DNA of 64,000 bases from Nageia nagi (Eukaryota; Plantae; Pinophyta). The notes beneath the pieces were generated by a model, which ran no database searches, had not been told where the DNA came from, and worked only from the letters and a program-made list of their open reading frames with translations. Below, piece by piece: positions 24,931-36,691 of this stretch. How positions within the stretch are numbered: position 1 is the stretch's first letter; every line of letters starts with the position of its first letter. The DNA lies in contig JBITNC010000002.1 of the NCBI GenBank assembly GCA_050084985.1, forward strand, positions 3,844,001 to 3,908,000. Reading direction: 5' to 3'. Position numbers and translations under genes: made by a program.

Positions 24931-27900
24931 AAATGGGAATAAATCTCACACCATCTCACCTCACCTCCTCTCATCTTTCCTTGCAAATGTCTCTCTCTCT
25001 CCTCTAACCCCTAAGTTGGTAAACTCAAAAAAATTGAAATGGAAAAAATATTGCAATTGCCCACCTAATAACCCTGTGTATGCCTTTTTTTTCATTAAGG
25101 GTAAATTTATATCACCTCATTATTCTTTTGGGGGGAGGTTTAAAACTTCCCACCTAATAACCTTATGCATGCATTTTTTTTCATTAAGGGTAAATTTATA
25201 CCACCTCATTATTCTTTTATGGGGAGGTTTAAAACTTCCCAACAAAAAATACCACTAAATCATTCTAATGAGGTGATTAAAAATCACCTTAAAAAAATGC
25301 CTCAATTTTCTTGCCTCCAAAGCTCTTTTTTGGTCTAGTGGATGGATTCCTTCATGTGGATGATCATGATAAACCATCCTTTTGTAGCTTTAGTTAAATA
25401 CTCCATTGCCTACTTCTTTGCAAAAACTCGATTGTATCACATATCCTTGGTAGCTTCCCATTTAATGCATCCATATAATTCCTTAGTCCATATATGATGG
25501 TTGATTCTAGTAGCATTGTTGTTGCTTTAATTTAATGGTAGCCCATGAATGCCTAAGAGCACTATGAATCTCTATTGAAAAGAAGCCAAAAGTAGATTGC
25601 ATGGATGCAACTTGGTGTATTTCTACCCATTTGCACAAATGGACTCTTTTGTAGCTCGCAATATTAGATTTTATAGATCACATAATATAGAGATAATATT
25701 TATTAATTATCTAAGACTTTTGATGGATTTATATACGTTCTCTTTGAAGACCCATGTTTGTAACTAGATAAACCTTACAACTATAATGGTGTATTATTCT
25801 TTCAACCCACTGAGAAGACCATGGGACCATTCTTTGGTCCATGACGATGTGTGGTACCATAGATGCACTAAATTAAGATATTTTGTATGTAAATATCTAA
25901 AGCATGTAATTGTTATCTTTGAAGAACTATATGATATTATTTGAATAATTATATAATTCAATAATACAAATAGTAAGAAATATTATTGTGCAACTCTTTT
26001 CTATGGTTGTGTGCTATATTTTCCATTTTTGAGCTTGTATGTATGAGAAAAAAGTTATAAATATTTACATAGAGAATATGGACCAAAACCAAGGTGATAT
26101 TAATCTATTTGGTGGCATTTTAACTAGGTGGGTAATCATTAATATTACTTTTTATGCATTTTTTCAAGAGTTATTTGTCGTTCTCTCAAACTATCCCCTT
26201 TTCAAATCGATTTTCTTCTAGAGCTATAACTTTTTCTAGACATTATTTTAATGTGATTCTTTTTTTTTTTTGGATATTTAGTTTAAATATATTTTCAACC
26301 ATATATAGCATGCCATTCTTTGTTGCCAGATCACACTTACAATCCATAATTTTTGACATACACTTACATAGTTCTACTTAATAAATCTCATGAAGTATTT
26401 TACTTCCAAATAAGTTCTGACCCATATAATCTCTTATATATGCCCCAAGCATTCCACCATTGGATAATCCTTTTCATGTAATTTCTAATATTATATAAGA
26501 ATATATGATTTTTATATTGTTAAATATATTATTCATCAAGTTTTAGTGACTATATATGACCAAATTTGTTTCTTTCCCACACATAAATTTTGTCTTTACA
26601 TAGGTGTAGATGATAAAATGCAACCCTAATTGATGGCATAACGTTTTGCTAATATATAGTGCATCTACTTAACTTATAAATATGAAGGCTATTGCTTGCA
26701 ATTCCTAACAACATAAAAATAAATATAACAATAATTTAGAATGATAAATGATCAAATAAATAAATTAAATTACCAAATTATATTTATAACACATGAGATA
26801 AGGGATTAGAGAAATATACTTGTTACTTACTTGTTCAATGAAGATACTCCTATATGGAAGCTTATCTATCATTGAGCCTTATATATTTGATTTAAGAGTG
26901 ATATGATACATGTAGCCTAGTGCTAATGCTATGGCAACATTGATTTTGGCATTCCCAAGGATGTAAGCCATAAGGTCCAAAGTCAATGTTTTTTAAGCAT
27001 ATTCTAGTAATATTTGAGAGAATGGATAATGGATAGTTGTTTAATGTAACATATATAATATTTATAGGTGGTGCTTATAGGCATAATCAATATTTTTAAG
27101 AGTATATGCATGGTTATATCTTATCAAGATAAAATCTTCATCATCATCCCATGCATATGTTTCTCCATTTATAGGAAAAACAGATTACTTGAAAGCACCA
27201 TTTTATCGTAGCATTGCTACTTATGATCTTGTGCACAAATAAAGAGAAATAATAATAAAATTTTGCTTATATATATCAACATTTATTGATAATAATAAGT
27301 GATATAATGTTAATGTCTAGATCATAATATCTTGAGATTCATATAATAACTAATTTGGATCCAAAAAAGGGTGCCAAATTAGGTGTAAACTATAGGACTT
27401 GAAGTTTATCTCCATACATGATCTGAATTTTAGCCTTTATCTCTATCCTAGACCTATATATTATATTTCTTATTTCATAATCCAAAAAACACCATGTATC
27501 ATATAATATTATCCATAATATTTACCTAGAAAACTTCATTATATGTTTTAGGCCATAATATATACCTAGAGAACTTCAAATGTAGATTTGTAGAGATTTG
27601 TATCTCCATCTATGACATATGAGTAGTTGTTGAAAATATATCTTTAATATTTATGCAACCATGTATGACGAATCATATTTTGTAATTTAGATTTTATATT
27701 TTGTAGCTCTATCTTTTCTATGTGTAATGCATTGAGAGTGGGGATTTGGGGAATCAATCAATGAGTAAATTGGTAGAGAAGATGAAAGAGTTGGACATGA
27801 ATTGGATCTTTTTATGAAGGAAAATACCTACACAAGGTGTAGAATTAATTCATCATATAGAAGTCAAACCTACACATGATATTTGTATGCCTTATGGCTA

Positions 27901-29019
27901 GTGATGAGTTTCTTTTGCAAAGAAAAGGAAGTCACCTATTTGGAAGCCCACCAAATTGAAGGGGTCTGATGTAGAAGAAGTTTGTTACATAGATAGATAA
28001 GTAACAACATGTGAGGGATATGGATATGTAAGAACTTGAATTTCATGCTTAAAGTTATTAAATAATGACATTAAAGATTGAAGAATGACTCTTTGATGGA
28101 AATGTGTATTATAAGTCTGAGTAGTCTATGTTGGATGCAATAAACAAATGATAACATAAAGGAAAGGAAAAGTCTATGAACATAATAACAAACTAAGATG
28201 TGTTGAGTATCTACTGTATCTACATAGTGTGTAAGTATATTTTTGTAGCAAAGAGAATCATGTAGTTTACACAACTCTACATGAAGAAACTATCATGTGA
28301 GAGATGAAGGCATCAAGTATATTATAATACAATAGTCATGATGTAGAAGTATTAATGTATGATCCTAGAGGATAAATATAAGGATCTTTGTGATATGTGT
28401 GATAAGACTTGCCTATGTTGGTGAATCATGTGAGGAAAAGTTGTAAAAAATCTTACATTGTACTCTTGCTATTTGTAGACATAGTGGATCTATATATTTG
28501 GTGAGAAGGAAATGTTGGATGATGAAGAAATTCCCACCACACTATGAGATTGAGAAAATATGAAGTTTTCCATGGGTGCACCTTGTATCAACATCCATTT
28601 TTGAGTAATAATTTTTGCTAGAATATTGAAATGCAAAGAAGTTTGAAATTTTATTCAATACCATAAACACTCCAAGACCAAATTCAATTGAGAGATTTAC
28701 AAATTACCTTGTCGAGAAGCCATTACTTCCATCATGGAGATTGAGTAGGGATACTAATTTAAGATAGATAATAACTAATTCACTGTGAAATATTCATAAA
28801 AGGGAAGATGACATAGTGCTCACTAGGCATATCCCATAATAAGCAATTGCAATGGAATAACCCTACACATAAGGGATAGAGAGGCTATGTATGTTGTGAA
28901 TGGTTAATATGGAGCATTTAAATAACAACCTATCCATTCATTGAATGAATGTACAATAGTAAAATATATCGAGTTAGAGACAACCTATTGAATCCTTGTG
29001 AGAAGATTTATCATGTTTC

Positions 29020-30740
29020 TTGAAAAGGTTGATTCATGGTTACTTATTGATTGGTGTGATGGAATACAACACTAACTCCTTGTGTGAAGGATTACTAGTT
29101 ACTAAATTTTATGGAGAGAATTATGAATATTATGGCATCAAAATAAAGACATTGCTTACTACAAAAGGATTATGGGACAATATTATTGTTGGTTATGAAT
29201 AACCTGAGAGTTAGAGCATGCTTTAAGTGGAGAAGAGAAGGCTTACCAATGAGAAATAATATCACTTACTTGGTGTGATGGAATACAACACTAACTCCTT
29301 GTGTGAAGGATTACTAGTTACTAAATTTTATGGAGAGAATTATGAATATTATGGAATCAAAATAAAGACATTGCTTACTACAAAAGGATTATGGGACAAT
29401 ATGATTGTTGGTTATGAATAACCTAAGAGTTAGAGCATGATTTAAGTGGAGAAGAGAAGGCTTACCAATGAGAAATAATATCACTCACTTGGAGTGATAA
29501 CATAGAGTTATCTTGAAGAGGAAAAATTATGATAAGCTACATCAAGGAGGAAAACACTTGTTGAAGAATTCATGGTTTCTTCAAGAGTAACAAAATCAAA
29601 GGTACAACATCACTAATTTATGGGAATCATACAACAAGACTTGTCTTCATGGAAATGAGATCCTACTCATGAAGACATTATTAGAAGTGATAATAGTTTA
29701 TTATTTGGTTTATTACTAATGATTCTTTTATTATATATGTTGTGAATATATTGAATGTTGTTGGTGTGAATGAGGAATATCAATAATGTCTTATCAAGAT
29801 ATCATATGAAAGGAATGCAAGTTTTTAATCTTGCCATATTGTGGAGAAAACCTTGAAGAATGTTCTTGGAGTGCAAATGAATTTTGGGATATTAGGTCAC
29901 TTGGAATCAAATGAAGGTAAAGAAAATCATATATTTAAAATTCCTTGGAAGGAATCATGCACAACCATAGTAAAGAGTGAAACATTATGTCAGGAGAAAC
30001 ACTTGGTTGCATATGTAATAAGTCATTTCATGGTCATGATTATCTTGATATTTTGTGCCAAAATATGTGATAGATTTGTATGGTTAATCATTGATCATAG
30101 ATGATTATTATTGTAAATAATCAATAAGAGTATCAATAGAAACTTGGTTTAAAAACCACGATAAATTTGTAAAGCAATGGTTCAAAGACCATATAGAGAA
30201 AGAGTGGTTGTTGAAAAACAAAATTGAAGAGTTTTTTGATGAAGGGGGAATAGCTCATAAAAACGCACTCAATGTTTATTTAGAGAATAAGGCACAAGAG
30301 ATGAAAAATATCCCACATGGAGAGTGGAAGGGGTGCAAATGTCAAAGAAATAATTGGAAGAATCATAAAAGATCATTCAAATAGTTTGTGATTCTTCAAA
30401 ACTTATGGAATTAGTTCTTTTAGAATCAAGGGGGAGAATGTTGGATTTTATCATTTTTCCTAGTTTTAGTTATGGTTTTTTAATAAGCATATTTATAGTT
30501 TTTTGCATGGTCAATGGTTTACCAAAGTCCATGTTTAGCATTTGTAATATTTATGTCTATGTTTAGTTGATTTGTTTGTCATAAGAATATTTTTCTCAAT
30601 AACTTATGTCTATTCTAGTTCTTTCCAATAACTATAAAATCATGTAATAATTCATTTATAAATAGAGTAATTTGATCATTATTCTCATCAAATGCCTAGG
30701 AATCCACTTAATGTGATGCATCTACTAATTATCATCATCA
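29020..30740 (+). mobile_element. Highly degenerate Copia-like remnant (gag N-terminus, PPT, 3' LTR ~30439-30740)
   Basis: KFYGENYEYYGIKIKTLLTTKGLWDNIIVGYE (Copia gag N-terminal motif). PPT AAGGGGGAGAA followed by TGTTGG at 30439. Confidence 0.6.
29052..29489. repeat. Two-copy 219-bp tandem duplication
   Basis: Junction motif TGG(T/A)GTGAT at 29052, 29271 and 29490. About 4-5 mismatches between copies. Confidence 0.95.
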
Positions 30741-31378
30741 ACCAAAATCCTAATTTTTGACCTAATTTTTTTTTGTAACACTCGAATGACCTAGGAATGA
30801 ACCAGGCAATCCCATGAGTTTGATATGCTACTAGCTAGCTCAGCACTCACATGGCAAGATTGGCTAAGAACCTAGGGTAACCAATCCTGATAAAGTTTTT
30901 TGGTGTTCACTTTTCAACACTCACCCTATTGAAAAGATGCCTCAAAAGTAACCTCACCATTCCTATTCCACAACCCATGTGCAATAGGCTTTTTGATTAT
31001 GGTGTAGTGGTTTTCTACTTGAGGCCCATATCACCTAAGAGATCGTAGTTCCACTAAGTTAGTCATCATCTCTTGATGATAACTCTCCATCTCATAGGAG
31101 TAGTTAACTTGTCCTAGGCAAGTTTTCTTATGAGTGGGTAGCATCACCTATGGAATAATCATCATATCCCTATCTACTAATTGCAAGTGATATGAATACT
31201 AATTACCCTCACTTGTAATAGTATCTTTTTTTATTGCTATCTCCATCTAACTCACCTGTCAGAGGATATGAGTGTTAACCTGCCCATAACTATCAGTTAG
31301 TCCCACCATGTGGTTCAGTATCCCTATTCCCATAACTTGGATAGCCATGGATATTAAACAATATCCATGAGTGGTTGT

Positions 31379-33154
31379 TGTTAGAATTTGTAATGAAATA
31401 TTGTGAATATCTAAATTCCTTTTAAATTCAATTAATCACTTAAGGGTATGTAGATACCTTAAGAGATTAATTGAATTCTTTAATATGTAGACTTTGACTT
31501 TACCAAAGTGGTTAGTTGGTAGGTTGAAGTTAGGTGATACATTTAATGTAACCCTAACCTTACCCTTAGGTTAAAGGAAGGTTAGGGAGGTGCTCTCAAG
31601 CTATAAATACAGGGCCTCTCCTCTTGTAACATAACTAAGTTCTTGGAGTAAGATTACTCTACTAGTTGTGTAGGAGAGGAAGAGTATAGTTATAAGAGAG
31701 GCATACTTGAGAATTGAGATACTAGTTGCGGATGTACTCCCAAGGGGGGAGGAACCACATTACACTTGTGTTATCTTGAGTGATTGTGTTATCTTGTGTA
31801 TGATTGAGTTTCCTAGTCTTAGGTCCTTGAGGATTTGTTTAGATCTAGTTCAAATCCTTCAATTGACAACTTCACCTCTAAGAGGCCTTTTTTGATTGTA
31901 CATTCTAGACCTCCATGGTAAGTTTGCTCTGCATGACAAACTTGTTGTACAATTGTTATTATAGAGTGTTGATTATTTTATACCTCAGTGGTAAGTTTGC
32001 TCTGCATGACAAACTTGTTGTACATTTATACCTCCATGGTAAGTTTCCTCTGCATGAGAAACTTGTTGTACAAATTTTGAGCATATAATTAATATACCTC
32101 CGTGGTAAGTTCACTCTGTGTAAAGAACTTGTTGTACATTCTATACCTTCGTGGTGAGTTTGCTCTATGTGAGAAACTCGTTGTACAATTTTTATGCTCT
32201 ATTTAAAATCAACATATGTCTATATACAACAGGTGACTATGAGTGATGGCTTGGCATCTCTGTGATGACTTATAGTGCACCATTGATCATTTATTTGTAA
32301 GATGGCATTATTTGATTCTCTTATTTGAATATATGATGCATCTAACTGATTTTGTTCATGAGTTGATTGTAACATGCAGGATCTTCTTCAGAAATGCAAG
32401 TTACTCACCTTGTGAAAGCAAGCTCATGGAGACTCACATGTCAGCTTAAAGTTGATCGACTACTATGTACAGTGAAACCAGTTGTGGTTAATGATTGTAT
32501 TGTAAACCATTTTTTGTCAAATGGTAATGTAGTGAGTCTCATACTAGTTCTCAAAAAGATTCTCAAATATGTAAATGTTCTCATCTCCACTTGTATCTCT
32601 ATGGAGGAGAACTCTCTCTTACTCTCTCTATTCTTTCTTCTACGCTCTATCCCAATATTGCATTAAGGGGAGTGTTAGAATTTGTAATGAAATATTGTGA
32701 ATATCTAAACTCCTTGTAAATTCAATTAATCACTTAAGGGTATGTAGATACCTTAAGAGATTAATTGAATTCTTTAATATGTAGACTTTGACTTTACCAA
32801 AGTGGTTAGTTGGTAGGTTGAAGTTAGGTGATACATTAATGTAACCCTAACCTTACCCTTGGGTTAAAAGAAGGTTAGGGAGGTGCTCTCGAGCTATAAA
32901 TAGAGGGCCTCTCCTCTTGTAACATAACTAAGTTCTTGGAGTAAGATTACTCTACTAGTTGTGTAGGAGAGGAAGAGTATAGTTGTAAGAGAGGCATACT
33001 TGAGAATTGAGATACTAGTTGTGGATGTATTCCCAAGGAGGGAGGAACCACATTACACTTGTGTTATCTTGAGTGATTGTGTTATCTTGTTTATGATTGA
33101 GTTTCCTAGTCTTAGGTCCTTGAGGATTTGTTTAGATATAGTTCAAATCCTTCA
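31379..33154 (+). mobile_element. Young, short non-coding LTR retrotransposon (TRIM-like)
   Basis: LTRs 31379-31861 and 32673-33154 (TG...CA, about a dozen differences), perfect TSD GTTGT, PPT AAGGGGAG, 811-bp non-coding interior. Confidence 0.95.
31909..32187. repeat. Five ~43-bp interspaced repeats inside the short LTR element
   Basis: ACCTCCRTGGTAAGTTTGCTCTGCATGASAAACTTGTTGTACA at ~31909, 31982, 32030, 32096, 32145. Confidence 0.92.
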
Positions 33155-36100
33155 GTTGTTTAGTCTAATATATTTTTAAATGCATTGATAAAAAGAACCA
33201 CCTATGTCCTATTAACCATAAACTAATGTTTTCAACAATGGATACAAGACATGTTCTAAAGTTTAACACCATTCATTCTTACCCATGAGGAGTACCTCAA
33301 AATTCTTAGTTATAGCTTATGTAGGAAGTCACATATTTTTTTGTTTATCCCATACCAATTATATTACGTATATGGATTTACTTTTTGAAATATCTTTTGA
33401 ATACATAAAGTAACAAGCTATTAGGGAGAATCTTGCCACTATTGCTACAAAAGTAATGCAATGCTAATTGGTCCTTATGCAAGCATATTCCTTTTGTTTA
33501 TCATCTAGCAAGGTAGGTTTACTTGGTAAAGGTTTTTTGTTGCATTTATTACATTCATACAAAAAGAATCTTGAATAATTCCATTTATCTCATGGGGTCC
33601 CACTGATATCCAACTTGATTCTAAGGGTTCCTAAGATATTCCAAATGCTCACAAATTATCATTTGGAACCTTAATTATAGTTTAGTACTAATTCTAAGTT
33701 GTTGGTATAATTTTGGATTTATCAAGATTAAGAACCTAATTCACCTATGACTACTACCTAACAAGTATGAAGTCTTACTCCTATTTATCAAAACATAAAA
33801 CTTAATGTGTAATAAGAGATAGCAATTTTGTCTACCCTTCATTTATCATTCAGTATACTAACAAGAGATTCATACAACATAATCCTCATTAAGCATTTCT
33901 AAATTAATAATCAATTATAAGAAGCTTGAATACATCTCAAAATTTCATTTTTCAACATATATAGTAATGACATAGCTTCCATAAACTTATTACAAGACAT
34001 TAATACATCATAAGGCTAATATACTTTAATGAATTTGGTAACTCATCATCATCATCTTGTAATAAAAATTAAATATAACATTGTTACTTATTAAGTCATT
34101 CTACACCTTTTTGTGGAAATACATCCATAGATCTTCAAACAATGAGCATCGAGCATCTCCATCATTCTTGAAACAATAAGTATTGAACATCAATCATTAC
34201 CTTGGAACTTGATGGTTGGATTGAGTATTAGGAGGGAGGAGGATCATGACTTTTTAAACTTGACCATATGAAAATGAATTTAACTATAGACCTTAGGAGA
34301 AATTATCTCCTTTCCTTGGTCAATGTACATTAATCTATTATTTATTAATCCATCTTAAATAATTAAATCATTCACAATAAGGTTTTGGATACCTTAATAA
34401 TTAATTAATGAAATTGGTACTATTTGAATTATTTTACTAAACATTATACCAATATTGTAATCTCAAAACCATAGTTTATTTAATACAAGATTCTAAAGAG
34501 TTCTTGAATTACTTATTTAAAAATATTAAACATACTTATCACCTCATTAGATACTAATTAGTTTAATTGACAAACTTAGATAATAATAAGAAAACATATT
34601 TTTATTACTCCATTTTTCCCTGCTTTCACATGAATTTAATAATATTTCTTTACTAAACATCTTATTAGGACTTTAATAAAATTCATATCAAAATAAATTT
34701 ATTAATCTCTTGCTAAAGGCATAAAGAGAAATATTTGACTAGTCCCTTTAAAATATCATAAGATACATAATACGATTTGTACATGAAATTTTCTACCCCT
34801 ACATCTAGATAAAAATAAAAGAAGATCCCACTCTACTTTTGTAAATAAAATGACATGGTACCAACCTTTGAATAAAATAACCATTATGTCTCTTCAAAGG
34901 TTACAACATTTCAATCAATAATTAATGAAATTTTATCATTATAATAAACATCATATTAGGAATTTAATAAAATTTATGTCATTTATTAAACTTTAGCTAA
35001 AATCATAAGGAAAAATATTTGACTAGTCTCTTCAAAATATCATAATATAATTTATATGTGAAGTTTTCCACTTCTACATCTAAATAAAAAGAGAATAACA
35101 AAAGAAAATTCTATTCATTTATTTTTTTAAAGAAAATGACATGGTACCAACTTTTAAATGAAATGACCATTATGTCTCTTCAAATGCTACAACACTTCAA
35201 TCAATAATTAATTATATGAAACTTTATCAAATATTCTAATAAACATCATATTAAAAATTTAATAAAATTTATGTCAAAATAAATTCATTAAATTCTAACT
35301 AAAGGCATAAGGGGGAATATTTGACTAGTCTCTTTATAATATCATAATACATTTTGTATGTAAATTGTTTTTCCCCTATATCTAAATAAAAAGAATAATA
35401 AAAGAAAATCCCACTCCTTTACTTTTTAAAGAAAATGTCATGGTAATAACCTATAAATAAAAGAATCGCTATGTCTTTGTAAATGGTTCAACACTTCTAA
35501 CAAACATTAATTCTATGAAGCTTTACCAAACATTATGATAAACATCATATTAAATATTTCAAAATAGGACTACCTAAATAAAAAAAATGTAAAAGAATGC
35601 ACCTTGACTTGAAGAGGAAAGAGAGATTTCTTTTCTTCACGTAAGTCTGCATCAAGATTGAGAATAACCAAAACAAATGAAAATAGCAAGAGATAGATAG
35701 GTAGTTGTTGTTGGTATTTTTCCAATGCTCTACTCCTTTATTTATAGCTAAAGGGGTTCAAATGTGTCTAGATGGATGTCTCCTCACACCCTCAATAATT
35801 TTGTGTTAGCTTTGCTTAAAGTTGGAAATGATGGTTATGGCATTTAATACTTTGAAATATTTTTCAGTAGCTAACAATTTAGTGCCAACTCTTATTCACA
35901 TCTAACACAAAAATACAAAATTAAGTAGGGTCATTTCTTTATTTTTTTTCTAGCTATTAAATATCATGTCATACCATAAAGAGACTGTAGTCTCTATCTA
36001 ATAGTGTTTTTACTATTAGCCCTATGTGGCAATAATATGGACACTCATATTCAACTTTTACCCCATTAAATTTATTTTTCTAACCTTATAATAATTTTTA

Positions 36101-36691
36101 AATTTAACTAAAGGTATATCCCCCTTTTTCCTCCATTTCAAAATTTAATTTTCAAAAATACCAAATAAGGGAAAACACATCTTTACTTGTGATGGTCACC
36201 TCGTCCTGCAAAGTAAGGTTAATCCACATATTTTTGAAAATATATTTTTATCAAGAATTCAAAAATCAAAACAATTATTCTACATGAATCTATATGATTT
36301 ATGATGGTCATAGGGTGTGTTAGTGATTCAACACCAATCATTTCCTCCTCTTATGCTTCTATTCCCATCATCAATTCACCTTTGGTCAATATGGTCTTTG
36401 AGTTGCTTCTCCACTCTATGACCTATGTCAAAACATCTTGAAGCCAGCATCAAATTGTCACAAATGATACATATTCCTATATCAAACTTGTCATTACCAT
36501 AGTATTATGCAAACATAATTCATTCAAATCCTCGATGGTACTCGAGGTCAAACAATGTCTTGAGATGGGTCATGAAATACACCCACCTTTAAAAGGAACA
36601 TAGTCCCCTATGTTCTTACATATAAACACAAACTTATAAATAATTCATAAAATTATTTAAACAAATAAATATCTTGAGGTGGGTCATGATA

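Larger units (their letters stand above)
13968..25340. mobile_element. Non-autonomous CACTA transposon carrying PPR-derived sequence
   Basis: Left end CACTAGACTAGAAAGGGCTTTTGG, right end CCAAAGCTCTTTTTTGGTCTAGTG, 3-bp TSD GAT (13965-13967 and 25341-25343). Short ACTACC/ACTTCC subterminal repeats at both ends. No transposase seen. Confidence 0.8.
30774..36691 (-). mobile_element. Gypsy-type element remnant: long LTR (~30774-36577, about 4 kb net of the nested insert) with PPT-like tract and a stub of a second LTR start at 36691
   Basis: Minus-strand start T(T)TCATGACCCATCTCAAGA at 36577 preceded by AAAGGTGGGTGTA. The same terminus recurs at 36672-36691. Putative far end GAGTGTTACA at 30774 (less certain). 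Three ~290-bp internal tandem units at ~34640-35560. Confidence 0.6.

Noticed and set aside
25341-25420. Continuation of the Gypsy RT interrupted at 12193
   Set aside because: Could not obtain a convincing minus-strand RT reading across the junction.
31909-32187. CRISPR-like repeat-spacer array
   Set aside because: Eukaryotic LTR-element interior, no cas genes, degenerate repeats, and spacers of very unequal length (5-30 bp).
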